Shown here: positions 14,301 through 26,300 of the stretch, in pieces
Position numbering within the stretch: the first letter of the stretch is position 1
How the letters are laid out: each line of letters begins with the position of its first letter
NCBI RefSeq assembly: GCF_964355755.1
Contig: NC_092675.1
Span: 9,295,812-9,359,811, forward strand
DNA from: Antedon mediterranea
Taxonomy: Eukaryota > Animalia > Echinodermata
Length of the DNA stretch: 64,000 bases
Direction of reading: 5' to 3'
The notes under the pieces: generated by a model
Seen by the model: the letters and a program-made list of their open reading frames with translations, nothing else
Databases searched by the model: none
Told to the model about the DNA's origin: nothing
Position numbers and translations under genes: made by a program

Positions 14301-17300
14301 GCTTCTGGGCACGTCTGATGAGTACCAGTTCTGCTTCCTTCAGTTCATCCACTGAGAGAGGTTCCACAACTTGATTGCTTGTCCTCTTCTGTACTGTCGT
14401 TTTCTTGTGTTTAACATTCTTTAAGTTATTCGTGAATCGTAGCACCCAGCCAGTAACTCTTGACAGTGTCTTCCAACTTGAAAACTGTGAAGTTATTTCA
14501 TCCAGAGTGGTGTTGATTTCGGCCACAACTAACGCTGTTACGCCCTTCACTTCGGGGTCATTCATTCTGAGGGCGAGATCGTCTGGCATCTCTGGCCACT
14601 TGGAATCATTTTGTGTGAGGAATTTTGGACCGCAATACCACATTTCACTCGTCATCATTTCCTCTGCCGTCATCCCACGGGAAGCTAGGTCGGCCGGATT
14701 TTCAGCTGAATTCAGAAACCTCCATTGGTCCTTGTTTGTCCTACTAAGGATTGCCGAAACTCGATTTCCCACGTATGTTTTGAACCTGGTTTCATCGTTG
14801 CTCAGATATCTGAGCACACACGTGCTGTCGGTCCAACACACGGACTGGTCAATTTTAATTTCCTTAAGCTCTTCTCTTATCATTGTGTCCAAGCGTGCTG
14901 CTAACAGTGCAGCCTGCAACTCCAGTCTGGGAATTGTTTGAGCTTTAAGAGGAGCCAATCTGGACTTTGCTGCAACAAGGGTGCGGTTTACGTTTCCAGA
15001 TTCATCCTTCTGGTAGAGATATGATGCTGCTCCGTAACTTGTGGATGATGCATCTCCAAAGCTATGCAGTTCACGACGCACTACGGTCCCAAACTCTGCA
15101 GATTTGTAGCATCGTCGAATTCGAATAGTCTCCAACTTCTTCAGATCAAAAAGCCACTGTTGCCATCTAGTCTCATATTCAATTGAGATTGTTGAATCCC
15201 AATCATAACCAAGTCGACAGAGCTCCTGCATTAATAACTTTGCCTTGAGGATAAACGGTGATACCAGCCCTAACGGGTCAAATACAGACGAAACAACTGA
15301 CAGTATACCCCTTCGAGTCGCAGGCTTTGTTGTTGGAGATATGGTATATCCCAAGCTATCTTCACTGACAAACCAGCGAACACCCAAGGCACGTTGCTGG
15401 TTTCCACCACATAAAGAAACTGAGTTTGAATCTCCCTTATCTCTCAGCGTGCTCACTAGTTTTCTCGAGTTTGAAACCCATTTCGTGAGGTTAAAGCCTC
15501 CTCTTGCCAGTAACTGTTTTACTTGAATGGCTATATCAATAGCACACTGTTCGTCGTCTGTCGCATATAGAAGATCGTCAACATAAAAATGCCTATCTGC
15601 TATCTGCGTGATTATTGGATCGTAGTCCTTTCCATGGTCCTTTATCGTTTTCTTCAACGCAAAGTTGGCGCAACTCGGAGATGATCGGCCACCAAACAGG
15701 TGCACTAGCATCTGGTATTCCTGTGGTGCCTTCTTCAGATCTCCCATTTCCCACCACAAGTAGCGGAGAAAGTCTGAGTCCTGTTCCTTTACCTTGACCT
15801 GGTAAAACATTTTCTCAATATCGGCACAAAAGGCAACTGGAGAGCTACGGAATCTCATTAAAACTCCAACTAATGAATTGGTAAGGTCTGGTCCTTGGTT
15901 TAACTTGTCATTTAGGCATACTCCGTGAAACTTGGCAGAGCAGTCGAACACAACCCTTAGCTTTCCCGGTTTCTGCGGGTGTAAAACTGGGTGGTGCGGA
16001 AGATACCATTTTGGAATTGATCCATCGATGACCTCCGAAACCTTCCTGGAATATCCCTTGTCCACTAACGTTTCCATAAATTCTGTGTACTTGCTGTGGG
16101 TGTCATTACTCCTTTCAAGGCGAGCCTGCAACGTTTTGAGTCGGCGTTCGGCCAATACACGATTGTTTGGTAATGTTGATGGGGAAGCCTTCCAAGGCAT
16201 AGCAACATGGTAATGTCCATCCTTGTATGTCACAGATTCCTCCATACTTGTTAATGCCTGTATGTCACTCTGTGACATTGTCACCTGATCTGATTCGAGG
16301 TCATTGAACTCGATGCTGCAGAATTTTCTGAACTGCTCGTCTAGATTCCCAACGAAGCCGCATGTCTTGTTTTCTTGCCAAGAACTCAAAGGGCCATTTA
16401 CCACCCAGCCAAACAGAGTTCGAGTGGCATATGGACCGCCATTTTGCATGGCTCGCACTTCATAAGGTTGGTGTACCTCCGGTACATCTTGACCAATTAA
16501 TAACTCTATTTCTGCAGTGATAGACGGAATATATATTCCTTGCAGGTGAGGCCACCTATCAACTTCTGCCTGGCTTGCAATAGTGTTTGTTGACACTGGT
16601 ATGGATTGTCTGGTATATACTCTTGGAATCTTTACTTGACTTGATCCATATAGATTTGCCACTTCTAGAGATATTGTTGTCGATTTAGTGACAGATTGAC
16701 CATCCATTGTCATAAGGTTAAGGTCAACGCCTTTGCCCTTGACACCTAACTTCTGCGCAAGTGCTTCTGTACAAAATGTAATATTCGAGCCATTGTCTAG
16801 AAAAGCATAAGTTGAAATTATAGATTTTCCTCCCTCAGCCTTAACCTGGACTGGTACAACTGACAAGCCAATTCTTTGGTAGCTGCCTGCAACTGCCAAT
16901 GACGTGGACGTGGCTGGTAACGAATGTGCTTGCGTCTCAGGAGGTGCTGCCTTTTGATTTTCAGCAGGCTGTGTTGTGGTATGCTCACCCTTTGGAGGAG
17001 AGACTGGATGTAAGAAGGATGAATGCTTTTCTGCACACATCTTACAAAAACTTGGTTTCGGACAAGACGATGCAAAGTGTCCCTTATTAAAACAATTCCA
17101 ACAAAGCTTCTTTTCTCGTACGAATTTCCTTCTGCCATCCACAGACTTAGCCTTAAAACCAGGGCAACGCGACAGCCAGTGTTGCTCTTGACAATAATGA
17201 CACGACATCTTGGGTTTGGCTGTGTCGGATGACTGAACGCTAAATGTGGTATTCGAGCGTTTGTTCTTTTGTAGCTCTGTGGTCTCACGAGATACCGGGG

Positions 17301-20300
17301 TTTTGCCATAAACCGGATCATTAAGCTTTTTGGCTTCTTTCTGTGTAAAGTCTACAATGTCACTGAAGCGTATGGGCCTTTGTTGATTTCGGTGAACCTC
17401 CACCACATTTCTCCAACGATCATGCAAGTATTGCGGAAGCTTCTCCATGGTCATCCTTATGTTTTCAGAGAATTCTAACACACCTAGACTCCCAACGCAG
17501 AGTGTAGCAGCCTTACATTCCATAAGGAACACTGAAAACTCATCTAGGGCCTTTGGATCATTTGCCTTGATGGGTGCCCAAGATAGCAGCTTTTTTATAT
17601 ATGAGTTTGCGATCACTTCTGGATCCCCGTAACGTCTTTTCAACTCTTTCATTGCAGCTGGATAACCAACTTCCGCTTCCAAGTAGGAGTATCCAATAAC
17701 AATTTGTTGAGCCTCTCCTGTAGTGAATTGTTCTAAATATGCCATTCTGTCATCGTTGGTGCAGCCACTTTCTATTCGTGTTTTGAATTGTCGCATGAAT
17801 TTGTTAAAGTCCATACAATTTCCATTAAACTTCTTTATTTCTAATTTGGGCTTCCTCATTTCTACTATGGCGTCGTTAACTCTTTTCTCTGGTTTTTTAG
17901 CAGCGGGTTGCTTGACCTTGTTAACCTTGGGTGACACTGCAACTGAAGGTATCCTTGCAGTTTGCTTCACGGAGGACTGGTCATCGCCTGACGATGGCCC
18001 ACTCAAACTGCTTGCTTCTTCTTCCTCCAAATCTTGACTAAGAGAAATTTCTTCAGCTTCCAGTTCTTCTAGCATCTCTTGTCTGGCCTCTGACCTTGCC
18101 ATTTCCTTATCTAAAGCATTTCTCTCTTTCTCTTGCTCTAGTTCGATTTCCAACAGTTTGACTTTCTTCTCACTTTCCTGTTTTTCTTTCAGAATCCGAC
18201 TCTGCTTCTTCAATTCTTCTAACCGCTTCAATTCTTCCTGTCTTCTAGCCACAGATCCCATACTACTACGAGACTTGGATGTCTTTGCCTTCCTTGCCAC
18301 AGGCTGTACTACTTCCTTACTCAAGAACCACTTTTCTGCTTCCGACTTTCTATTTTCTGCATAAACAGTTTTTTCACAAAACCAATCATTGTCATGATCT
18401 TGCAGGGCATCTTCATTAAGTGTGTTGCAATATTGGTCATTAGCCAGGATGAATGCTTCATAAGAAGTCATCCACTTTGTGTATCGTAATCTTGCTTCCG
18501 TCACTGGCGGATTCTCATTCATATAGTTTCTCAGCTCCTCCGAACTCCTCTGTAGGTTCTTCCAGGCTATACCAAGAGCTTTATACTTCATTTCGGTTGC
18601 ATATTCTTGTCTCTTGATAGTGGACTTGCGTTCTCGTTCATCTGATAACGCCATCGTACTTTAGAATATAAACTTGAAACTGTAACAGCCTCTACTGTTG
18701 GGCGTAGGTTTTCACTTGAACAATCAAATAAACAATCTCAGACAACTTGTAACGCATCAATTTAAACACTTTATTCAACTCTCAATGGCGATGGCCATGG
18801 CAACTTGCCGATGTGATGAAGATCACGATAATGACGCTGATGATGATCAGCTATTGAATAAAGACTGACTTTACTGATGATGATAATGATGATGATGATG
18901 ATGGTTTCAACTAGAAACAAAAGATAATAACATGTTTGTATTATAACAAGCATTTACGTTTAAATAACTCTTACGGAGCTCCAAACATAACAATAACACT
19001 TCCGTGTAAATAGCTCTTGAATAGAGCCGTGCTCAATCAAGCGGAACGACCACCGTCCGCATCACACTGGATTTCATCCCATGACAACCGCGGGAGAATT
19101 GCGAACGTTACAACATTATAAAACAAGCATGAACATGCTTTCAATCTTGGCCACAGATAGGCCTACACTCCACGCACCATTTAGACGGCGTTCGGAGTCA
19201 AATTTAACTATAATATAACTTCAATCAACTACTGCATTAATCATAATTTCTTATTATTATCACAATATTATTCATTAGATGATTAAAACTTACGTTTGTG
19301 TCTCTTCTAGATAGACCTACGCATAGAACACATTATCTTTGTGAGCGGACATATTAGACAACCTTTAATTATAGAGGGCGCTAAACTAAAAATGAGCCGT
19401 AACAATTGTTACGTTTCCCAAAAATTGCCTTTTATACATCCTACTTAATTCCGAGATTGATTATATTGAAAGTAGGAAAGGTTTTGGATTAAAGTTTAAG
19501 GCTATCAATACGTGTACGGACTATGGGTGTTAGCGTTTTGGTACCCACTGGTGTCTTTTAATAAACATTTTTTTGGCCAATCGGAAATCATCCAAGCGTT
19601 TCAGGGGTCGGGCACTGATCCTTTGATCTGGCCAAGCGAGTTAGTGAGTGAGTGGCCGAGCGGTTAAGACAGTGGAACCGTAATCACGTAGCCATAACAT
19701 CGGCAGGGGTTCGAGGCTCACTCACTCCATGGTTCTGGTGGTAGAACGAGTCTTCTCGGATAAGGACTATAAACCGTAGGTCCAGTGTACACAACTTGCT
19801 CGTGTGCACTTTAAAGAACCTAGTACATCTTTTGAGACGAGTAGGGGGTTACCCCGGTGTACTAGTACATCACAGCCACTGATCACCAACTGGGCCCTCT
19901 GGGAGATCAGTCTTTGACTGAAGAGGTCACCCAGTATAAAGATAAAACAAACAAGCTAGCTCAGAGTCCTGTTCTTAGATTGCCTTGGTTTTACACACTG
20001 TAGATTGACTTTTGGTGGTCGTAATTGTCTGCTATCGATAGAAATATCTACAGTATTTGTTTCTATTATAATCTTCCTATTATTGTATTTGAATGTTCTC
20101 TATTCGATGACAAAATTAAAAGTTTATTCTGAAATTTTATTTTTTGGCAAGCCAATCCTAGTAAGTAAATCTGTTATTAATCAGGATGAGTGGAATTTAA
20201 ATCGTTATAACCACCATTGTCACAATGTCTATGACACTAGGCCTGCACATTTAAATCTAATTATGAGGGGTTTGGGGTTGGTGGTGGTGGTCTAAGGTGG

Positions 20301-23300
20301 AGTACTCACATAAAGCGCGCATGTGTGCCACGGAGATTACTAGCACACCGCGCGCGCCTCATGTGTGTCCATAACAACACTGGTTTTATACTGTGACAAC
20401 GAAACATAACAAACGTCAATTGATCTTTGAAAAGCAAGTATTATTGTGTTGCTCTCTTCAATAAAAAGATACTTATATACTGATACCGACTACATCATTT
20501 GTTTTATTTTGAAAATACAATGTCCACAACCATTACAAGGTGAGCAAGACTTTTTTGAAAATCTAAAACTAAATATTTTGAGTCAGGGGGCTATACCCAC
20601 AACCTTATAGATTTAAGGTCGTGGTTTTCGGACCATATAGACTAGGCTATGAATGAGGTAGGTGCCACCCGGAGAGGTAGAAATTCTGATATGACTTTTC
20701 TAGACCAGTTTTTTCTGGGGAATCCAAATATATTGGGTAAACGGGCGTGAGGGCGCTTTTTTCAAAATGGCTGCCAGTTACAGTAGACTATGATATCTTG
20801 GCAACCACTGGTCATAGAGAGGTGATTTTGGTGTCAAATTATTCGGAATGTACATGTTCCTATTTGATGTAATAGAACATTTTGTCAGAAAATGGCCGGA
20901 AATACCTCTATTGACCTTTGACCCAATATCTAACAGATATCATATCTCCGTAACTACTCGACACAGAAAGTTGTAATTGGTGTCAAACTCTCCAGAATAT
21001 AGATGTTTATATTCAGACTAATACAACATTATCTGTAAAAATGACCGGAAATAACGTTACTGACCTTTGACCCAAAATGCAAGACATTTCTCCAATCTGA
21101 TCACGTTAATCTTGTCAATTAATTCATTTTGTGCCAATTGGAGGTTGACATTCTCATATTATTTTCTGGACCAGTTTTTCATGTGCATTCCGAATATATG
21201 AGATAAATAAGCCATAACAAGGCCAAGAATTTAATTCTTTTACTACATACGCGCTTCCCTTTAGTGTTTCAGACTGTATGTCGTGTATTAATCTTCAAGA
21301 TCGCTCACATCACAGCAATCTGAAAAGTCTTCATATTCATTATGTGTCTCAATCCATTTAGGCTCCATTTGTTCGTTCCATCCATTGTGTGTACTGTTGT
21401 TGACAAAATCATTGACGTCTGCTGATTGCCATTCTTTAGTAATGAAGTGTGCTCTAAGTATATGAAACTCATGTAATCTTGTTGTGTCTGGAAAACTTTC
21501 TGTTGAAGATATCATATCTTGCTTGATTTACACTTTTCCCCTTCACTCCATACAATAGTGAAACATACTCTTCAAATTCCTCATACAACTCTTTTGATGG
21601 AACATCTGACACTCCAAGGTTGCAGAATGTGTCAACAAATTTTGCTTTTGATATTCCAGAAGCTTCCAGCAGGTACGTTTTCCTTTCCGAAAGAAAGCGG
21701 AGTTATAATCGTTACCTGTGAAAGCATGGAATCCAATAAGGGATGATTTCTGCGCTTTTGTTAAATCAATGTCACTCAATTTCAGTACCTTTCGGTATTT
21801 CCCAGTGTTTGTATCAATAATTACCCTCTGCCCATCATCTATGAAATGAGATAGTGCAATGACTGGAATATCAATGTCTCCAGAATGGGAACGAATTATT
21901 GCTACGCCTTGATTGTTATTTGTTAAAGCATGCTTTGCATGCAGGATGACTTTCGTGTAGGCTTCTTCTTCCGGCTACTATTAAGCTCCGGAACCAATAC
22001 AACATCTCAGTTAGTAACGTAGATGTATTCTTTGTACGATGAAAAGTAGATAACATCACTCCTCATATCTGTTAGAATGCTTTCTTTCTTTGACACTAGT
22101 ACACAGCGAATAAGCTCAATCAATCTGGTCTTGTTCTCGCCGTTGGCAAGGAAATTGTTGAAATCACGGGCCAACTTTGATATTGTTGAGCTTACAATTA
22201 CTTTTGGTGCAATACCGCGTCTGTTTCTCGCAGTGCTCGACCAGGATCCATAACATCATCTCACTTTATTTTCGAATAGTGGGAAGAAACTCGAAATCAA
22301 GGCAAATGGGAAAGTAAGAGTAATATAAGCTAATCGGGATGTTTTAGGAAAGCTTCTTGCCACCTCAACAAAGCATGGTAGAATAATTGACTTTAAGAAA
22401 GCCTTTGAGTATCCACTTACCCCTGTCCCGCTAAGCCTTGCTAATGCAGATGGGACAAGACGAACAACTCAGAAAAGTGTCCTAATGGAAATTCTCATCG
22501 AAAGTTCAACAGATGTTATAGATCCTGGTCGGGCACTGCCAGCAAAGGTTACTGTCATTGCCTATGTTGTTGACTTGATGGCATTAATCAGAACATTTAC
22601 ATCTTACCCTGATACGTACGAGCATCTTGTAGCAAAGGTTTTCAACAGCATCCCTAAAGGATACAAGCGTGTTGATATTGTTACCGATGCATACCTGCCA
22701 AAAAGCATTAAGTCTGTTGAGAGAAACATACGCAGTATTGCACCAAAAGTAATTGTAAGCTCAACAATATCAAAGTTGGCCCGTGATTTCAACAATTTCC
22801 TTGCCAACGGCGAGAACAAGACCAGATTGATTGAGCTTATTCGCTGTGTACTAGTGTCAAAGAAAGAAAGCATTCTAACAGATATGAGGAGTGATGTTAT
22901 CTACTTTTCATCGTACACAGAATGCATCTACGTTACTAACTGAGATGTTGTATTGGTTCCGGAGCTTAATAGTAGCCGGAAGAAGAAGCCTACACGAAAG
23001 TCATACTGCATGCAAAGCATGCTTTAACAAATAACAATCAAGGCGTAGCAATAATTCGTTCCCATTCTGGAGACTTTGACATTCCAGTCATTTCACTATC
23101 TCATTTCATAGGGTGATGGGCAGAGGGTAATTATTGATACAAACACTGGGAAATACCGAAATGTGCTGAAATTGAGTGACATTGATTTAACAAAAGCGCA
23201 GAAATCATCCCTTATTGGATTCCATGCTTTCACAGGTAACGAGTATAACTCCGCTTTCGTTCGGAAAGGAAAACGTACCTGCTGGAAGCTTCTGGAATCA

Positions 23301-26300
23301 AAAGCAAAATGTGTTGACACATTCTGCAACCTTGGAGTGTCAGATGTTCCATCAAAAGAGTTGTATGAGGAACTTGAAGAGTATGTTTCACCATTGTATG
23401 GAGTGAAGGGGAAAAGTGTAAATCAAGCAAGATATGATATCTTCAACAGAAAGTTTTCCCGACACAACAAGATTACAGATATCATTACTGCCACTATGTC
23501 AGCAGACCCTTGAGTTTCATATACTTAGAGCAAACTTCACTACTAAAGAATGCCAATCAGCAGACGTCAATGATTTTGTCAACAACAGTACACACAATGG
23601 ATGGAACGAACAAATGGAGCCTAAATGGATTGAGACAGTGATGCCCACTGATGTCCAGGAACTGTTTACACATAATGAATATGAAGACTTTTCAGATTGA
23701 AGTGATGTGAGCGATCTTGAAGATTAATACACGACATACAGACTGAAACACTAAAGAGAAGCATGTATGTAGTAAAAGAATTAAATTCTTGGCCTTGTTA
23801 TGGCTTATTTATCTCATATTACTCGGATTGCACATGAAAAACTGGTCAAGAAAATAATATGAGAATGTCAACCTCCAATTGGCACAAAATGAATTAATTG
23901 ACAGGATTAACGTGATCAGATAGGAGATGTCTTGCATTTTGGGTCAAAGGTCAGTAACGTTATTTCCGGTCATTTTTACAGATAATGTTCTATTAGTTTG
24001 AATATAAACATCTATATTCTGGAGAGTTTGACACCAATTACAACTTTCTGTGTCCAGTAGTTACGGAGATATGATATCTGTTAGATATTGGGTCAAAGGT
24101 CAATAGAGGTATTTCCGGCCATTTTCTGACAAAATTTTCTATTACATCAAATAGGAACATGTACATTCCAAACAATTTGACACCAAAATCAACTCTCTAT
24201 GACCAGTGGTTGCCAAGATATCATAGTCTACTGTAACTGGCAGCCATTTTGAAAAAAGCGCCCTCACGCGAAAGTTCTCAGGTTACAGCCCGTTTACCCA
24301 ATATATTTGGATTCCCCAGAAAAAACTGGTCTAGAAAAGTTATATGAGAATTTCTACCTCTCCGGGTGGCACCTACCTCATTCATAGCCTAGTCTAATAG
24401 TTATTAGACAGACAGAGTAGGGCAAAATATCTTACCGAATAAGATTTGTTTAGTTATATGCCTAATGTAAATACCAAACGCGTATTTCAATTTCAAAGAA
24501 TGTTTGAAATAAATCACATATTTTAACAAATAATGTGATTATTACAGATCTGGACAGAACGCTGGATCACATCAGCGTGGATCCATAATTAAACGCATTT
24601 GGACGGCTGTCCTTGCGCTATTTTGTGTCAAAGCAGACGACGACAGCGATGTCCCATATGAAAAGGCGAAAGCTAGCAGTACTACCAGCAGCAGAGATGA
24701 TGATGAACACCGCGTGTCAACAAATCAGAAACGTGATTCCAAATCTTCTCTTAAGCATCACAGCGTCGGTAGGGCACCATGCAAAACATCACCTCGAATG
24801 ATTACAAAGTCTGTTCCAGTAGGTCTACCTCTAGAGGCATATGGAAATGGCTATTCATCAGCACCTGGACGACTCTCTTTAGGAAGCACCAGCAGTAGCT
24901 ATTATTCGTCTGTTTCTGGACAATTTAGCATTCATTTGGATACCTCTTACAAATATCTCGATTGCATTCTGCCCCAAGTACCATATATCGATTCTTCAAT
25001 CACTACACCTTTAAAAGAACTCGGAAGCGGAAGTTATGGCCGTGTTGACCTAATGGAAATAAGTCATCAAACGGTGGCTGTAAAAACTGCATATTTGAGC
25101 AGCTACGAGGATACACATAAAACGTGGGTGAAACTGTGTATTGAAGCACGGATCATGAAATATCTGGAGAATGATCCAATATTTCCACAAGTGTATGGAG
25201 TTTTAAGACAGGAAGGAAAGTGTATGATGGTCATGGAGTATGTGGCAACAGCAGGAGAAGATAAAACAACCACATTAGCAGATGCGCTGGAAACTGGCAA
25301 CTTCAATGCCACAGAGTTAATTGACATTATACTGGTCGTGGCTCAAGGATTGAAGAAAATGCACAGTCTGGGATTACTGCACAATGACTTGGCATCAAGA
25401 AATATACTTGTGTATAATAATGGTTTTAAAACAACCGCAAAAATAATAGATTTTGGGATGGTGTCAGCCATTAAGGAGCCCAGACCAGGAAACATGTACA
25501 ATAAAGTATTTCAGCATATGGGAGATAGAGTAGCATTTGTAAAAAAATATCCCGACATCGCACCAGAACGCGCACTGCATGCAGCCCATGATTCCACAGC
25601 GACGGATGTGTATGCACTTGGAAACGTCATTAACCAAGTTGCAGACACCATTGGGAGTGACCATATGTCAACCCTTAGTAATCTTTGTCAACAGCAAGAT
25701 CCAAACGCAAGACCTACAGTTGACGCCATAATTAAATATCTAAACATGATTCGTCAAGTTCAAATGCTGACCCACAATAATTTCTGATGTTATATTTTTA
25801 ATGTTTAAGCAGTTGATTTAATAAATATTTTACAATATTAATTTTAAATGTTGTTGTACTTTTAATTTATATGAGTTCAGAATATACATTTAGGATTTAG
25901 TAATTTCTCCAAAATATTTACATGACATAATAAGGTATACTCAAGTTGAATCGAAAATCATCAAGCGTTTTAGGAGACGGAGCCTGATCATTTGATCTGA
26001 CCGAGCTCAGCGTCCTGTTCAACCTGAGTAGGCCTCCTACCTGGATCTTTACAATGGTAAAAAACTGCTCATACAAGTCTTTAACAACCTGACTTTGTTT
26101 CCTCTATAAATCCTACCATTCACGAGTCATGATGATACTACTAAAACACACAGCTTTATATTTAGACATTAAAATGATTTAAAAAAAAAAAATAAAGTTC
26201 AGAAATGTTATTTTTTGTTGCTCCATATATAATTTCTACTTACCAATTACCAACTTAGCTTCCTTGCTCAATCTGTACACTAGATCTCCAGTTCCACATC

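Larger units (their letters stand above)
12122..19404 (-). mobile_element. Full-length BEL/Pao LTR retrotransposon, 7283 bp, 5-bp TSD ATTGT
   Basis: Two 724-bp LTRs with TG..CA ends. ATTGT at 12117-12121 and 19405-19409. PPT at 12846-12860. Single intact gag-pol ORF. Confidence 0.98.

Noticed and set aside
13038-18364. Many plus-strand ORFs of 60-188 aa within the LTR element
   Set aside because: Antisense shadows of the gag-pol ORF with no recognisable motifs.
19639-19730. tRNA gene at the SINE head
   Set aside because: A/B boxes are present but the cloverleaf is not intact, and it continues into a SINE body with tail and TSD, with diverged copies elsewhere in the window.
25949-26020. Possible ribozyme in the kinase-flanking direct repeat
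   Set aside because: It has CTGATC rather than CTGATGA and no correctly placed GAAA; I could not fit hammerhead, HDV or twister consensus by eye.
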